This document shows positions 1-8,260 of a DNA stretch of 36,334 nt, piece by piece. The notes under the pieces were generated by a model that was not told the DNA's origin, did no database searches, and worked only from the letters and a program-made list of their open reading frames with translations. Location of the stretch: positions 1-36,334 of the IMG/VR virus record IMGVR_UViG_3300017774_001282; one strand, written 5' to 3'. Position 1 is the first letter of the stretch. Each line of letters starts with the position of its first letter. A program made the translations under genes and the position numbers. Source of the DNA: a virus. Taxonomy: Duplodnaviria > Caudoviricetes.

Positions 1-1
1 C

Positions 2-217
2 ATTAGCAACAATCAAAGTGCATTTGTAAACGGAACATTAAAAACAGTTGTTACAGTTACAAATACAATTTCAAATGCTTTTGATAGGTTTTTATCAAGG
101 TCGGCATCAGAACCATTTAGTGGAAAAACACAAGAACACGTTTTCTACGAAACTAATCAATCAGCAAATAGAATAGGAATAGAAACAAATATAAATACAT
201 ACTATACAATTTATTAA
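2..217 (+). CDS. C-terminal end of a tail/receptor-binding protein (LamG/ConA-like tail 'QEHVFYETNQSANRIGIETNINTYYTIY'), 5' truncated by the window
   Basis: Open frame 2 from base 2 to TAA 215-217; the C-terminus resembles lectin-like domain ends of Bacteroidota phage tail proteins. Confidence 0.55.
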   Translation: MSNNQSAFVNGTLKTVVTVTNTISNAFDRFLSRSASEPFSGKTQEHVFYETNQSANRIGIETNINTYYTIY

Positions 218-219
218 TT

Positions 220-558
220 ATGGCAAATATTCAACCCGTTAGTACATGGTATCAGGGAGTAGAGCTTCAAGCAAACGTATTTACTCTATACTCAACTGGT
301 GATAATCTTATTGATTCTGCTACATTTAAGTATCAGCTTATTCAGTTGATAATCAATCCCGGAAGTGAAACTACTGTTATTGATGAAAATGGTGACTCTT
401 CAATTATTACTACTCCAGAAACACAGTTCTCTCAAACATTGTTGAGTGGAGAATTAACAATTAGTGGGCAGGAATATGAAGAGTGGGATTCTTCAGTATC
501 AGCAAATGAGTGGATTTACAGCTGGGCTGCAGGAAGGCTGAACCTGACGATTCTGTAA
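220..558 (+). CDS. Tail-fibre-associated small protein (paralogue of 2649..2945)
   Basis: ORF 112 aa; shares IQPVS.W, DNL..SA.F.Y.L and Y..WD.S...Y motifs with 2649..2945. Confidence 0.7.
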   Translation: MANIQPVSTWYQGVELQANVFTLYSTGDNLIDSATFKYQLIQLIINPGSETTVIDENGDSSIITTPETQFSQTLLSGELTISGQEYEEWDSSVSANEWIYSWAAGRLNLTIL

Positions 559-602
559 GACAAAAGACAGCCCTTATAATGCCCGTTAGGCTATATTTGT
601 TC

Positions 603-857
603 ATGAAGAAGCACGTAAAAATATATATGGACTACTTCGGATATGTGGAAGATGACGTAATCCTTTGTGAAATCTGCAGAAGAATAGCTGTAGACATACA
701 CCATATTAATTGCAGGGGTATGGGAGGAAGCAATGACAAGGATGATATATCAAACCTTATGGCCGTTTGTAGGGCTTGTCATATAGATAAGGGAGATAAA
801 AAACAGTACATAGAACACCTAATTGACATACATAATCAGCACCTAAAAAATAAGTAA
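603..857 (+). CDS. HNH endonuclease (Zn-binding)
   Basis: CEIC...DIHHI..RGMGG...NLMAVCRACH motif; ATG 603 lies just after TATATTTG (592-599). Confidence 0.85.
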   Translation: MKKHVKIYMDYFGYVEDDVILCEICRRIAVDIHHINCRGMGGSNDKDDISNLMAVCRACHIDKGDKKQYIEHLIDIHNQHLKNK

Positions 858-867
858 ATTTGTAGCT

Positions 868-2631
868 ATGGCAATGAACAAACAGAGAAGAACAAGCAAC
901 CTAAACAACATTGTTCGCTACGACACGTCAGGTAACGTAAGTCTACCGGCAGGATTGACTGTAGAGGGGCTAGACGCAGGATTTGTAAAGTCTGACGCTA
1001 ACGGTCTGTTCTCTATAGACACCTCTGCTTATATAACCTTATCCTCTCTGTTGACAGGATACGTAGTTGGCGCTAACGCTGATATTTCTGCCACGGATAC
1101 AGTTCTACAGGCGTTTGGTAAGTTGCAGGGACAGATTGATAATCTACCGCCAGACATAAACATATACAACAGCAATGGTACTCTTACTGGAGACAGGACT
1201 ATACTTACTACAAGTGGATTCACTCTTACTATAAACCCATCAACAAGCTTCACCGGAACGGTAAAAGTAACTGCGCAATTTAAAAACGATACTACATCAT
1301 GGGCAACTATTGGTGGAGTTGCTATAGGGCAGGCTTCTAATGGTAATGTATCAGTAGGAACCAATCAAATTGCTATCGGTAATTCAGCAAACGCTTCAAC
1401 TGGTTCACAATCTATTGCAATTGGAGCGGCATCTTACACAACAGGAAACTACCAATTGGTTATTGGCGGTAGCGGAGCAGGTGACACAGGAAGGATAGAA
1501 GAAGTTTATATTGGTAACGGATGCAATTATGGATCTAATGCGTCAGTTCCGAATATTACAATAAATGCAACAGGTGGTAACGGTACAAATAGTCAAGGAA
1601 AGAATATAATAATAGCAGGTGGTAAGGGAACAGGCACAGGAACTCCTGGCGACATTATATTTGCAACATCTACTGCAACAGCAACAGGAACTTCCTTACA
1701 GTCATTAACACAGAGGGTGTGGATTAAAGGCGAAAACGGTAACGTAGGGATTGGAGCATCTCCTAATTCATCTTATAAGCTTGATGTAGCAGGATTGGGT
1801 AGATTTACCAATGGTCTGTATGTATATTCAACCTCAGATGCTTTTCTATATTTCCAAAAGAATACTGCTAGCAAGTGGAGAATGGGAAATGCAGATGAGT
1901 TAGATTTAAACTACTTCCAGCTTTTTGACGTTGTGGCAGATAAGGAAAGAATTAGGTGGAATACTGCAGGAACAGCAAAGTTTACTAGCGATATAACAGT
2001 TGTTGGAAATTCAAACGCTGCATTTACTGTACAAGCTGCACAGCCTACATTCTTAGTAGAGGCAATTGGGGCAAGTAACCCAGTAAACATTGAACTAAAG
2101 CCAAAAGGTGGATCTCACGCAACAATTCAGAACATAAGCGGAACTGATCTTGAGTTTTACACAGGATCAACTCTTGGCATTGCCGCTACAATTAAATCAT
2201 CAAAGAATGTACTTATAGGGTCATCTTCTGAAGGCACTGGTAGGCTTCAGGTTTCTAATACAAGTGGAGACAATCATATCCTTGTGTGGGGCGCAACTGC
2301 TCCATCAATTAGGATTGACAATGCGGTTTCTGGCTCAACACAAAGGCTTGCTATAGGACTGTCCACAGCGTCAAGTAACTTCATTACTACGTCAGTTGCA
2401 GGCGACATCTGTATAACAACACAAAGCTCAAATCCTTTACTGTTCGGGGCAAACGCAACAGAGGCAATGAGAATCTCAACGGCTGCAAGGGTTCTAGTTG
2501 GCAAGACTCTAGACGGCGGTCAAAAGTTCCAGGTTAACGGAACCGTTAACTTTACAGGACTACCAACATCGTCTTCTGGTTTAGCGTCTGGAGACTTGTG
2601 GAACAATGGAGGCGTATTAAGTATAGTATAA
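868..2631 (+). CDS. Tail fibre / tail spike protein
   Basis: 587 aa, Gly/Ser/Thr/Asn-rich; TDTVLQAFGKLQGQI segment, AIG-type beta-repeats, GNVGIG motif, C-terminal GLASGDLWNNGGVL. Confidence 0.8.
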   Translation: MAMNKQRRTSNLNNIVRYDTSGNVSLPAGLTVEGLDAGFVKSDANGLFSIDTSAYITLSSLLTGYVVGANADISATDTVLQAFGKLQGQIDNLPPDINIYNSNGTLTGDRTILTTSGFTLTINPSTSFTGTVKVTAQFKNDTTSWATIGGVAIGQASNGNVSVGTNQIAIGNSANASTGSQSIAIGAASYTTGNYQLVIGGSGAGDTGRIEEVYIGNGCNYGSNASVPNITINATGGNGTNSQGKNIIIAGGKGTGTGTPGDIIFATSTATATGTSLQSLTQRVWIKGENGNVGIGASPNSSYKLDVAGLGRFTNGLYVYSTSDAFLYFQKNTASKWRMGNADELDLNYFQLFDVVADKERIRWNTAGTAKFTSDITVVGNSNAAFTVQAAQPTFLVEAIGASNPVNIELKPKGGSHATIQNISGTDLEFYTGSTLGIAATIKSSKNVLIGSSSEGTGRLQVSNTSGDNHILVWGATAPSIRIDNAVSGSTQRLAIGLSTASSNFITTSVAGDICITTQSSNPLLFGANATEAMRISTAARVLVGKTLDGGQKFQVNGTVNFTGLPTSSSGLASGDLWNNGGVLSIV

Positions 2632-2648
2632 CTTTAAAACAATAAACA

Positions 2649-2945
2649 ATGGCAAAGCAAATTCAACCAGTGTCTATCTGGACACCATCAGGAGTAAAAT
2701 CAGCAGTTCAGTTAGCTGCAATCATTATCAACGACAACCTGTTAAACTCTGCTTCGTTTTACTACGAACTGAAGGCAGCAGATATTACCACGCAGGATGC
2801 CCAAGGTAATGATGTTGTTACCCTAGGAGCTGTTCTCCAAAACGGGAACTGTTCTATGGGTGGCGTAGACTACCAAAACTGGGACGACTCTAATGATGGT
2901 GCATACGAGTTCGTTGCTGACAGCATCAACGTAATATTGGTATAA
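2649..2945 (+). CDS. Tail-fibre-associated small protein (paralogue of 220..558)
   Basis: ORF 98 aa immediately after the tail fibre; motif similarity to 220..558. Confidence 0.7.
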   Translation: MAKQIQPVSIWTPSGVKSAVQLAAIIINDNLLNSASFYYELKAADITTQDAQGNDVVTLGAVLQNGNCSMGGVDYQNWDDSNDGAYEFVADSINVILV

Positions 2946-2967
2946 ACTAGTTATAGTGCTACCTTAG

Positions 2968-3008
2968 CCCTGCCATTTCCATGGTGGGGCATTCTTGTTT
3001 ATTTTATT
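2968..3008 (+). terminator. Rho-independent terminator
   Basis: GCCCTGCCAT-TTCC-ATGGTGGGGC hairpin followed by a T-rich run. Confidence 0.65.
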
Positions 3009-3038
3009 TGATGGATACGAATATTGGCACTATTTTTG
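3007..3038 (+). promoter_or_regulatory. Bacteroidota primary-sigma promoter (-33 TTTG, -7 TATTTTTG)
   Basis: TTTG 3007-3010, 20-nt spacer, TAnnTTTG 3031-3038, ATG at 3060. Confidence 0.7.
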
Positions 3039-3059
3039 TATATAAATAACCAAAAAGCC

Positions 3060-3509
3060 ATGGCAAAAGTTACAAAAACTTACGAGGAGCTGTTGAGGCT
3101 CGTTACCACGATCAATGCACTTAGCTCTAACAAGGAGCATGTAGAGGAAAACACCAAGGGTGTAAAGAAACTACAGAAGATTGGTACAAAGTTGAAGACA
3201 AACCTTGAAGAGTACAACGAGAAGCTTGAGGACATCCGTCTTGACGCTGCTCACACGGACGACAAGGGTTGCCTGATTACAGACGACAAGGGTGGGTACA
3301 AGTACTCAAAGGACGGCATTAAGAAGCTTAACAAGGACATCAAGGCCTTGCTCCAGAACACATTCGAGTTCTACCAGTTCACCTTCTCTAACGAGGGCAT
3401 TGAGAACTATGCATTCCTAGAGGGATGGGTTGAAGGACTTGAGTTCCCAAAGATGGAACAAGAAGATGACGAAACTATTGACGAGTTTGTTCCAATGGAG
3501 GTAATCTAA
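3060..3509 (+). CDS. Hypothetical helical/acidic protein (possible tail assembly chaperone)
   Basis: ORF with A-rich leader before ATG 3060; coiled-coil character. Confidence 0.65.
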   Translation: MAKVTKTYEELLRLVTTINALSSNKEHVEENTKGVKKLQKIGTKLKTNLEEYNEKLEDIRLDAAHTDDKGCLITDDKGGYKYSKDGIKKLNKDIKALLQNTFEFYQFTFSNEGIENYAFLEGWVEGLEFPKMEQEDDETIDEFVPMEVI

Positions 3510-3533
3510 AATACTTTTCATGCGTGTTGATTC

Positions 3534-3563
3534 GGGGAGGTCAGTCTTGGCTTCCCCTTTTTT
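3534..3563 (+). terminator. Rho-independent terminator
   Basis: GGGGAGG...CTTCCCC hairpin plus T-tract. Confidence 0.75.
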
Positions 3564-3638
3564 GTATGAAAATGTCAGCATAATCGGTCAAAAACCGACT
3601 TAGTGACGGATATAACACACATTTCGTACCTTTGAGGC

Positions 3639-4226
3639 ATGAAGAATTACATATACGGAGCTATAATTTTACTGCTACTTGTAGTCCTATACCGCGCTGA
3701 GTGTGGGAGTCCAGTCGTCACCGTCGGACCTAAAAAAGTCGTGGTAGACGGGAAGAAGTATTATGTTGTCAAAACAATAGTAGACACACAGTACATAAAG
3801 TACACAGAGAAGGGTAAGAGAGACACTATATTTCATGACACTACTATTTACGTTAATGTTCCTGTCCTAGACTCTGCGAAGTTAGACAGCATTGCTAAAC
3901 TGTTCTATGCAAAGAACGTACATTCTGACACATTTAAGCTAAAATACGGGTCAGTATATGTACAAGATTCTGTACAATTTAATAAGATTTTTGAGAGGAG
4001 TTGGTCAGTAGACCTGCTGATACCGAAAGAAAGTAAGACGATCATGCTAAAGGAGCCCCCAAAGGCTCAGGTATACTTTGGTGCAGGTGCTATGTACAGT
4101 ACGTCCGTGGCTCCAAGTGTTGGACTGATGCTAAAGACTAAGAGGGATAGAATCTATGGAATATCTGTAGGGGTTATTAACGGATTGCCACTGTATGGCG
4201 GTCACATATATGTAAAACTATTCTAA
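3639..4226 (+). CDS. Membrane-anchored lysis-cassette protein (spanin-like, DT-repeat Bacteroidota phage family)
   Basis: N-terminal TM helix, DTIFHDTTIY repeats, C-terminal beta-strands ending in F; upstream of holin and endolysin. Confidence 0.55.
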   Translation: MKNYIYGAIILLLLVVLYRAECGSPVVTVGPKKVVVDGKKYYVVKTIVDTQYIKYTEKGKRDTIFHDTTIYVNVPVLDSAKLDSIAKLFYAKNVHSDTFKLKYGSVYVQDSVQFNKIFERSWSVDLLIPKESKTIMLKEPPKAQVYFGAGAMYSTSVAPSVGLMLKTKRDRIYGISVGVINGLPLYGGHIYVKLF

Positions 4227-4227
4227 T

Positions 4228-4458
4228 ATGATAAAGAATTTTATTTGGAGCTTATTTTCTGAGGATGGTAAGATTAGCAGCAAGAGATTTTTTGGAGGAA
4301 TGGCCGCAACATCTCTTTGTGTTACATTAATCGCTAACAGTTTTTCTAATGGTAAAATTAACCCTTCTGATGTATTGGTTGAGGCAACGGCTGCATTTGC
4401 TGCGTTATCTCTTGGTATTTCAGCTTGGCAAACTATTAAAAAGGGAAAAGATGATTAG
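4228..4458 (+). CDS. Putative holin
   Basis: 76 aa, 'ISSKRF' followed by two hydrophobic segments and a charged C-terminus; overlaps the endolysin start. Confidence 0.7.
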   Translation: MIKNFIWSLFSEDGKISSKRFFGGMAATSLCVTLIANSFSNGKINPSDVLVEATAAFAALSLGISAWQTIKKGKDD

Positions 4459-5053
4459 TACGTCTAAACTATCTACAAAAGTTCCTTTACCCGTAATGAC
4501 TGAGGTGACATCAATCGTAGAGAAGTTTAACATAACAAACCCACTTAGGCTTTCACACTTCCTTGCACAGGCTGCACACGAGTCGGGTAACTTCAAGTTC
4601 CTGAAGGAGAACCTAAACTATTCATCTGACAGCCTACTGAAGGTGTTCCCTAAGTACTTCAAGGACAAGGCTACTGCTGAAAAGTATGCTAGGAATCCGG
4701 AGAAGATTGCGAACAGGGTGTATGCGTCAAGGATGGGCAATGGCGACGAAGCGTCCGGAGACGGTTTCAAGTTTAGGGGTAGGGGTTACATACAACTTAC
4801 TGGGAAGGATAACTACAAGGCGTTCTCTAACTTTATTGGGGAAGATTGTATAGCTAACCCTGATTTAGTATCAGACAAGTACCCACTTGTGAGTGCGTCA
4901 TGGTTTTTTGACAAGAACAATCTTTGGACAATTTGCGACAAGGGAGCATCGGATGAAGTTGTAACAGCTGTAACAAAGCGTGTAAATGGTGGATCTCATG
5001 GATTGACTGACAGAATATCTAAATTTAAGCTTTTTAATGATTCATTATCATGA
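4451..5053 (+). CDS. Endolysin, glycoside hydrolase family 19 (chitinase-like)
   Basis: HFLAQAAHES, ENLNYS, ANRVYASRMGNG, FRGRGYIQLTGKDNY and TKRVNGG motifs. Confidence 0.93.
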   Translation: MISTSKLSTKVPLPVMTEVTSIVEKFNITNPLRLSHFLAQAAHESGNFKFLKENLNYSSDSLLKVFPKYFKDKATAEKYARNPEKIANRVYASRMGNGDEASGDGFKFRGRGYIQLTGKDNYKAFSNFIGEDCIANPDLVSDKYPLVSASWFFDKNNLWTICDKGASDEVVTAVTKRVNGGSHGLTDRISKFKLFNDSLS

Positions 5054-5155
5054 CAAGTCAGCCGTCTAGTATATCTGTGCCTTCTGTTACTTTGCAAACG
5101 CTGTTAAGTATTTGCACGTAGTATACTTATATTTGCATTATATATATGATTAACA

Positions 5156-5350
5156 ATGAATGCACACAATGACATTACGTTTCTAGGAGTCCCATCAACA
5201 ATATTAAGCTGGATGGCATACTTAAACATTGTGAACATTAACCCTTTCATTAACTTTGTGGTCAGCATATTTTCTCTTGTGTGGCTATCCATACAGATAT
5301 ACTCGTGGACAGAGAAGAGAATAAAAGAAAAAAGAAATGGCAGCCAATAA
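5156..5350 (+). CDS. Small membrane protein (second holin/antiholin-like)
   Basis: 64 aa, hydrophobic core and basic C-terminus; TATATTTG at 5128-5135. Confidence 0.6.
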   Translation: MNAHNDITFLGVPSTILSWMAYLNIVNINPFINFVVSIFSLVWLSIQIYSWTEKRIKEKRNGSQ

Positions 5351-5612
5351 GAACGCTGGTAAGCATCCTAGTTACGAAGGCTGGAGTCCATCCTCTATCC
5401 AGAGGAAGAGGGCGTACGATAAGAAGTACCACAAGACTGACTCAAGGAAGAGGTACAGGGCGCGCCTGAACAAGGCTAATAAAGATGCAGGAACTTATGG
5501 TAATGGTGACGGGATGGACATGAGCCACACCAAGTCTGGTAAACTGAAACTAGAATTAAATAGAATTAACAGGGGAAGGAACGGATCAAACGGAAAGTCT
5601 ACCAAGGCTTAA
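5337..5612 (+). CDS. Small basic HNH-like protein
   Basis: R..LNK...GDGMDMSH...NRGRN pattern typical of small phage HNH-like proteins. Confidence 0.6.
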   Translation: MAANKNAGKHPSYEGWSPSSIQRKRAYDKKYHKTDSRKRYRARLNKANKDAGTYGNGDGMDMSHTKSGKLKLELNRINRGRNGSNGKSTKA

Positions 5613-5743
5613 CTATCATACACAAGCTTCCTTATCTTCTTTGCCAGCTCCTCAGACTTCTTGTCAAGTAACGCCTTCTCCTTCATTAACCTAGCTATCT
5701 CTTCATTGCTGCTCTGCACAGAATCTTTATTTGTGTTTCCCAT
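5609..5743 (-). CDS. Small coiled-coil hypothetical protein (44 aa, not in ORF track)
   Basis: Manual translation MGNTNKDSVQSSNEEIARLMKEKALLDKKSEELAKKIRKLVYDS; phage-like codon usage. Confidence 0.5.
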   Translation of the reverse strand: MGNTNKDSVQSSNEEIARLMKEKALLDKKSEELAKKIRKLVYDS

Positions 5744-5760
5744 TATAAGTATATTTGGGT

Positions 5761-5946
5761 ATGATATATATGCTCCGTCCAATAGACAAAGAGGTTGATG
5801 TGATACTCTACATCTGCTCTGTAAAGGACAGGAATGTTGTGTACGACCTTGTTGACAACATTGACTTTGATGCGATATCTCAGGATGACGGTGTAATTGC
5901 GTACGACGACGATCCGTTCCTGTTCGGCAACATTCGCCTCAACTAG
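5761..5946 (+). CDS. Hypothetical acidic protein
   Basis: ATG 5761 lies 3 nt after TATATTTG (5750-5757). Confidence 0.5.
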   Translation: MIYMLRPIDKEVDVILYICSVKDRNVVYDLVDNIDFDAISQDDGVIAYDDDPFLFGNIRLN

Positions 5947-6971
5947 AAGACGTTTGTAAGCCTTGCCACCTGGCCATCCTTAGGGTGGTGAATAAAAGCC
6001 TCTATAGCCTTTGGTGAGTGCATGTATCCGTGAGATGCGTGCCAGCTGTCTGGACCTGACGGGCTCCTCATAGACTCAACCGTAACCCCCATGTAGTCCT
6101 TAGACTTCTTGTGGTGTATGTGGTGGGTGTAGAAGTACTTGTGCTTGCAGTCTGCCCAGTCTGATCCAGTCTCGTGAGCCATCAGCATTGGAAGGTCTGC
6201 CTCCTTAGCCCCGTCTCCGTGAGTTGTGCCGATAAGGTTGTTGTGATACCTGAAGTACTTCCTGTGAGATATGTTGGAGTTGAAGCTAACGTGTTTGTCG
6301 TTCGCGAACCAAGAACTCAACGTGTCTGCCAGGAAGAACCCGGTCATGTAGTCGTGGTTGGACGGGTCGTACTGTACAAAAACGTCAGCGATCGTCCTCA
6401 GCCTGTCTATGACGGCCACGTGAAGCTTCTTTGCTACAAGAAAGTTAGAGTGCCACATGCCCTCCGTATCCTGCGCAGTGCCACCTGTAGTAGTACGCTT
6501 AGTGTTGTCAGTGTGTAGTATGTCATTTCCTATTATGTACAGTACCTTGTCGATCTTGAACCCAGCACACTTACGGATCAAGTTCTCAACCCCGGTGGTT
6601 ACCCTGTCTACAGCTATAGAGATGTTGTAATCCTCGCCAGTCTCTGCGGAGACGGCAAGCTTTCCTATGTGTACGTCTGCAGGGTCTATGACCAGGAGGT
6701 GTGGGTCTTCAATGTTTTCACGCTTGAATGGCTTGTATGCAGGTGCATGCTTCAACATGTCTGCAACAATAATGTCCTTTACATCCAAGTACGTAGTTGT
6801 TGGAGACTTTACGTTGATTGAGAAGTGTTTACCTTTGTACCAGTAGTTCTTGACGTCGTCGACAGGGATTCCTTTCTCTTCACATTCGGCCTCTAGTGCT
6901 GTGTGCTTACCCCTTAGTGCTCTTATTACGTCGTACTCTTCCGGGGTTAGCCTTGGGCGATGTTCTTGCAT
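5943..6971 (-). CDS. Calcineurin-like metallophosphoesterase
   Basis: DVHIG, GNDILH, SNHD, THGD and HHIHH metal-binding motifs. Confidence 0.85.
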   Translation of the reverse strand: MQEHRPRLTPEEYDVIRALRGKHTALEAECEEKGIPVDDVKNYWYKGKHFSINVKSPTTTYLDVKDIIVADMLKHAPAYKPFKRENIEDPHLLVIDPADVHIGKLAVSAETGEDYNISIAVDRVTTGVENLIRKCAGFKIDKVLYIIGNDILHTDNTKRTTTGGTAQDTEGMWHSNFLVAKKLHVAVIDRLRTIADVFVQYDPSNHDYMTGFFLADTLSSWFANDKHVSFNSNISHRKYFRYHNNLIGTTHGDGAKEADLPMLMAHETGSDWADCKHKYFYTHHIHHKKSKDYMGVTVESMRSPSGPDSWHASHGYMHSPKAIEAFIHHPKDGQVARLTNVF

Positions 6972-7356
6972 CTGGCTTGTTTTGGTTACTTGCTAAGTTA
7001 CAACTTTTAATAATCTCAACCACCTCAGCGCACTGTTTTTGATTCCTAGGGAAGTGAATGTCAGGGTGCGTTTCCTTCATCAGGTACTTAAAAAACTTCC
7101 ACTTCAGCACGTTGTCGGGCCTCATGAATCCCTTGGTGTCGACTATTATGTTCAGCCCATGCCCCGTAAGGTCAAAGTCTACAGTCAGGGTCATTGCCCT
7201 AACCGTAGACTTGCCGTACTTAAACGATGGGTGTAGAACGTACTGGACCTGGAACTCGAACGGTATGCCCTCCCTCTTCATTAGGTCGTAGAAGAAGAGC
7301 TCCAGCTTGGAGTCAAACTTTAGTCCGTGCTTGTACTGCTTCTTAATCTGCTTCAC
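6907..7356 (-). CDS. DUF1064-family PD-(D/E)xK nuclease
   Basis: GLKFDSKLE...FEFQ..Y.L...VDF...IVDTKG motif; start uncertain (GTG 7356). Confidence 0.75.
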   Translation of the reverse strand: MKQIKKQYKHGLKFDSKLELFFYDLMKREGIPFEFQVQYVLHPSFKYGKSTVRAMTLTVDFDLTGHGLNIIVDTKGFMRPDNVLKWKFFKYLMKETHPDIHFPRNQKQCAEVVEIIKSCNLASNQNKPDARTSPKANPGRVRRNKSTKG

Positions 7357-7615
7357 TGAATAGTTTCTTGTGTGTCTCTGGATCCATGTCGTAAAGCTTA
7401 CCCATACGATCTGACAAGCTGAGTGCAATGCTTGTAGCCTCGTCAATTGTGGTATCCTTCTTGTAGCACTGTACCGTGAGGCTGTCAACACGTTGCCTTA
7501 GTTGTTGGTTTTCTATGCTTACGTAGTTGTACTGGACGCCTACAAGGCTGGCCAGTATCATGATTACAATGCTGAGGATCGATGCAAAAAGTGCGGTGGA
7601 ATTGAAGTTGTTCAT
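7343..7615 (-). CDS. Hypothetical membrane protein with coiled coil
   Basis: N-terminal TM helix, then QLRQRVDSL coiled coil. Confidence 0.65.
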   Translation of the reverse strand: MNNFNSTALFASILSIVIMILASLVGVQYNYVSIENQQLRQRVDSLTVQCYKKDTTIDEATSIALSLSDRMGKLYDMDPETHKKLFSEAD

Positions 7616-7625
7616 GATGTGTGTT

Positions 7626-8024
7626 TTAGAGAATGTTCATTTCTTGTTTAATGAAAGACAGCGAAGACCTCAATAAGTCCTGCCTGTAGTGTGCCTCCTT
7701 AAGTAGCATCTCGCAGACGTTGTTGTAGAAGCTACAGTCTCCAATCTCGTACGCGATGACGATCTTCTTCTCTGTCGCCCCCATCTGAGTGTCGTTTAGG
7801 TTCATACACTTCTGAAAGGATAGCTTCTCTGTTAGGTACTGGAACTGCGCCTTGCAGGTTACTCCTATTGCCATGACCTCAGTAAGTTCCGTCATGTTTA
7901 GGACAACCTCTGCAGGGTTTGAGCAGTCAACCTTCTTTGCTACCACTACCCTAAAAAGTTCGTACTGTTGCATTGTCTTCTCGAATGCGCTCTGTAGTGC
8001 CGGGTCTGTGAATACTTGTTTCAT
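7626..8024 (-). CDS. Hypothetical protein
   Basis: 132-aa ORF translationally coupled within the operon. Confidence 0.7.
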   Translation of the reverse strand: MKQVFTDPALQSAFEKTMQQYELFRVVVAKKVDCSNPAEVVLNMTELTEVMAIGVTCKAQFQYLTEKLSFQKCMNLNDTQMGATEKKIVIAYEIGDCSFYNNVCEMLLKEAHYRQDLLRSSLSFIKQEMNIL

Positions 8025-8260
8025 GTTGATTTTTTTTTATATCTAACTGCCACTTCTTTTTGTAACGCAGGGGAGAACACTCTCCTCCTTTTCTTTATAG
8101 CTAATTGAAGAGTCTTGTGAGACACCTGTAGTATCTGACACGTCTTCTTCATGGTTTCGTAAGACTTTGCCTTCTTCTTTCTCTCTTCCAGGTCCACTAT
8201 TGATACATCATAGACTACCACTGGGACTCTATCCTCGATGATGAAATTATATCCACTCAT
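8021..8260 (-). CDS. Small DNA-binding (HTH-like) protein
   Basis: YETMKKTCQILQVSHKTLQLAI HTH-like pattern. Confidence 0.55.
   Translation of the reverse strand: MSGYNFIIEDRVPVVVYDVSIVDLEERKKKAKSYETMKKTCQILQVSHKTLQLAIKKRRRVFSPALQKEVAVRYKKKST

Noticed and set aside
1-217. Possible DGR target (lectin-like C-terminus)
   Set aside because: No reverse transcriptase and no adenine-variant template repeat seen in the window
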